Origin: Escherichia phage vB-Eco-KMB41
Sequence record: OR539216.1
DNA: 41,822 nucleotides
Reading direction: 5' to 3' (one strand)
Within the stretch, counting starts at the first letter, position 1. Each line of letters opens with the position of its first letter. Shown one piece after another: positions 41,218 through 41,822 of the stretch. The notes under the pieces are model-generated. The model saw only the letters and a program-made list of their open reading frames with translations, was not told the origin of the DNA and ran no database searches. A program made the position numbers and the translations under genes.

Positions 41218-41822
41218 TCAGATATATCGCAGTAACCGAAGAAGCGGACCAGGACGAGAGCATGGCGTCCCACATCCCGGAGAGTCAGATCGAGCGCATC
41301 GATCGCGCTGCTAATGGTAAGGCTATCCTGATCGTTCGTGAATATCGCGAGAAGTGCCGCGAAGATTCCGAGTGTTACGGTCGGAAGGAATGGCGGATCG
41401 ATGGCTACGAGTCGCAAGAGCGCTACAGCGTGATGAAGTTCGACGACCTGATCGCCTGGCTGAATGGCATCCCGCCGGAGCCGATGGTGGTTGACTTCGA
41501 TCGCCTGTCGCCGGAGGAGCGCGAGAACGTCATGGACAATCTGGTGGCGGCGCGTCATGCCCTGCGCAACGTGAACAGTAAGACCGTACTCCAGCCAGCG
41601 CCAGCGCATCACGTCGGCCTCGACTCGGACGTGTGGGCCGTGGTCAAACTGCTGGAGGCTCGCGAGTGGGCCGAACATTGCACGACGACCGAACTCGGCG
41701 GACGTCTGGAGTCGGAGATCACGAAGCTGGTCGGGACTGAGAACGAAACGGCGGGCAAGCTCAAACGGGCGGAGCAATTGCTGGCGGAGATCCATCACGC
41801 GGTCAATAACGACGGCGGGCTT
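41214..41822 (+). CDS. hypothetical protein, 3'-truncated at window end (203 codons here; continues in frame at 1..66 if the molecule is circular)
   Basis: ATGA overlap with 40780..41217; open to the last base; frame closes exactly at the window end and resumes at position 1 to a TAG at 64..66. Confidence 0.6.
   Translation, partial: MIRYIAVTEEADQDESMASHIPESQIERIDRAANGKAILIVREYREKCREDSECYGRKEWRIDGYESQERYSVMKFDDLIAWLNGIPPEPMVVDFDRLSPEERENVMDNLVAARHALRNVNSKTVLQPAPAHHVGLDSDVWAVVKLLEAREWAEHCTTTELGGRLESEITKLVGTENETAGKLKRAEQLLAEIHHAVNNDGGL

Noticed and set aside
40935-41798. 287-aa minus-strand ORF overlapping the last two plus-strand genes
   Set aside because: Arg/Leu-rich low-complexity translation, no SD; the plus-strand ORFs have SD sequences, an ATGA coupling and a frame that closes onto position 1.
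1-41822. Integrated prophage with attachment sites, integrase or tRNA
   Set aside because: No integrase-like ORF, no tRNA-like sequence and no flanking host genes were recognised; gene content is phage-like end to end and the terminal ORF wraps around.

Overview
The window reads as an essentially complete, GC-rich genome of a tailed phage with Enterobacterales-like codon usage, not a piece of bacterial chromosome. No tRNA, CRISPR array, integrase or CI-type repressor was recognised, so a virulent lifestyle is inferred. Minus strand 33503->14009 carries a P22-like virion module: TerS-like, TerL, portal, scaffold, coat, gp4- and gp10-like tail proteins, gp26-like needle, gp7/gp20-like ejection proteins, a 1008-aa ejection protein with an N-terminal lytic transglycosylase domain, and a tailspike with a P22-like head-binding N-terminus. 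Plus strand 1456..2793 is a lambda-like lysis cassette (holin, R-type endolysin, Rz with embedded Rz1). Plus strand 8321..13950 is a replication/recombination block (SF2 helicase, VRR-NUC, PD-(D/E)xK exonuclease, Erf, SSB, HNH, small HTH); a primase and a Dam-type methylase lie divergently on the minus strand. Beyond the genes, the strongest signals are non-coding: (i) an oriented palindromic box TAGCA-N5-TGCTA found six times, each about 22 bp upstream of a -10-like hexamer; (ii) GGTTAC/GTAACC iteron-like arrays with a perfect 20-bp palindrome next to an AAA_25/RepA-like ATPase gene; (iii) an exact 55-bp tandem duplication that frameshifts a virion gene; (iv) the last ORF continues in frame from the window end into position 1, suggesting a circular or permuted genome. 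All homology statements are from reading the translations and recalling family motifs; no database search was run and hand-read coordinates of short motifs may be off by 1-2 bp.
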